DNA of 63,791 bases, the filler included, from Octopus bimaculoides (Eukaryota): the NCBI RefSeq assembly GCF_001194135.2. It is 8 parts of 8 records of this genome, joined end to end, with 100 filler letters (N's around TTAATTAATTAA, not from the genome) between each part and the next. Parts side by side here need not be neighbours in the genome. Positions count along the whole stretch, not along the records: positions 62,054 to 63,791 come from NW_026323167.1; 7 more parts are not named here. One strand, written 5' to 3'. Position 1 is the stretch's first letter; each line of letters opens with the position of its first letter. Under the pieces are notes generated by a model. That model worked only from the letters and a program-made list of their open reading frames with translations, had not been told where the DNA came from and did not search any database. The position numbers and the translations under genes are program-made. This document shows positions 62,955-63,791 of the stretch, piece after piece.

Positions 62955-63180
62955 AAATAGATTTTGTTGTATCTCGGGAGAGTCATTGTGCCAATAGTAA
63001 TAAACACATGCACTGGTTTTATTTCACTTCTTTATTATTTATTTGTCAATTGCTTAACTATTTAGCCAATAAACTAACAGATTGTACGATTAATCAATCA
63101 ATTAGTTATGTTTGTTAAAGCCCTTTTGTCATTATTCGTGACCTCTTCAATGATATGACTTTTCTACTCCAGGTCGCCTT
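62955..63180. repeat. Second copy of the unclassified element at 13578-13800
   Basis: Colinear, same orientation, diverged. Confidence 0.75.
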
Positions 63181-63189
63181 CAGGGCTAT

Positions 63190-63505
63190 CTTCCGGTTTC
63201 AATTCCCAGACCGGGTGTTGTGAGTGTTTATTGCGCGGAAACACCTACAGCCCCACGAAGCTTTGGCAGAGCCTTTTGTCGAAAAAATCGAACCCCAGGA
63301 CTTATTCTTTGTAAGCCTAGTACTTTCTCTCACTCTTTGTTTCTGTTTTACCTGTATTTCAAAGGGTCAGCCTTGTCACACTCTGTGTCACGCTGAATCT
63401 CCCCCGAGAACTACGTTAGGGGTACACATGTCTGTGGAGGGCAGGCTGTTCCGTTGATCGGATCAACTAGAACCCTCGTCGTCGTAAACGACGGAGTGAT
63501 ACGAC
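63190..63505 (+). mobile_element. SINE family B with an internal family A segment
   Basis: Family B head and body flank GTCGAAAAAATCGAACCCCAGGACTTATTCTTTGTAAGCCTAGTACTT. Confidence 0.75.
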
Positions 63506-63715
63506 GATATTGTTTCCAGTATAAATTTATTTTACTAAGAAATATTACCGGTCCCTGACACATTGGGAAAAAAAAACTGCCGGTACACCACTTCAGAGAG
63601 TTTGAGAAGCGCTGAAGTATAGTTATGGTTGCGCAACGAAATACTGCGTACTGACAAGTCATTAACATTTACGCACCAGCTTCCAGGAATGTGGTTAATA
63701 TGTAAAATTGGTATT

Positions 63716-63791
63716 GTGGCACTCCGTCGGTTACGATGACAAGCGTTCCAGTTAATCCAATCAACGGAACAGCCTGCTCGTGAAATTAACG
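63716..63791 (-). mobile_element. SINE family B 3' end, cut by the window edge
   Basis: Reverse complement of CGTTAATTTCACGAGCAGGCTGTTCCGTTG...CGTAACCGACGGAGTGCCAC. Confidence 0.85.

Overview
This is a repeat-saturated, gappy stretch of animal genomic DNA. An octopod cephalopod is inferred from the protocadherin type, the SINE families and the microsatellite load. Only one host coding region is well supported: a single large minus-strand exon (splice acceptor at 13322, ATG at 13255, phase-0 splice donor at 10865). It encodes signal peptide, six cadherin repeats, a transmembrane helix and the start of the cytoplasmic tail of a protocadherin. Its 5' and 3' partner exons cannot be fixed from sequence alone, though candidate upstream exons are noted. 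The remainder is transposon debris: several tRNA-derived SINE families, CR1-, Tx1/L1-, R4/Dong- and Penelope-like retroelement fragments (with degenerate hammerhead-like motifs), an internally deleted CsRn1-type Gypsy element, pogo, mariner and maT (DD37) DNA transposon remnants, and Helentron-type non-autonomous elements. Micro-, mini- and satellite repeats fill much of the rest. Nearly all other ORFs in the supplied track are artefacts of microsatellites or N-gaps, and seven TTAATTAATTAA islands inside 100-bp gaps are assembly linkers. I see no clearly new multi-gene system. The most interesting leads concern the protocadherin locus itself and a few unusual repeat structures.
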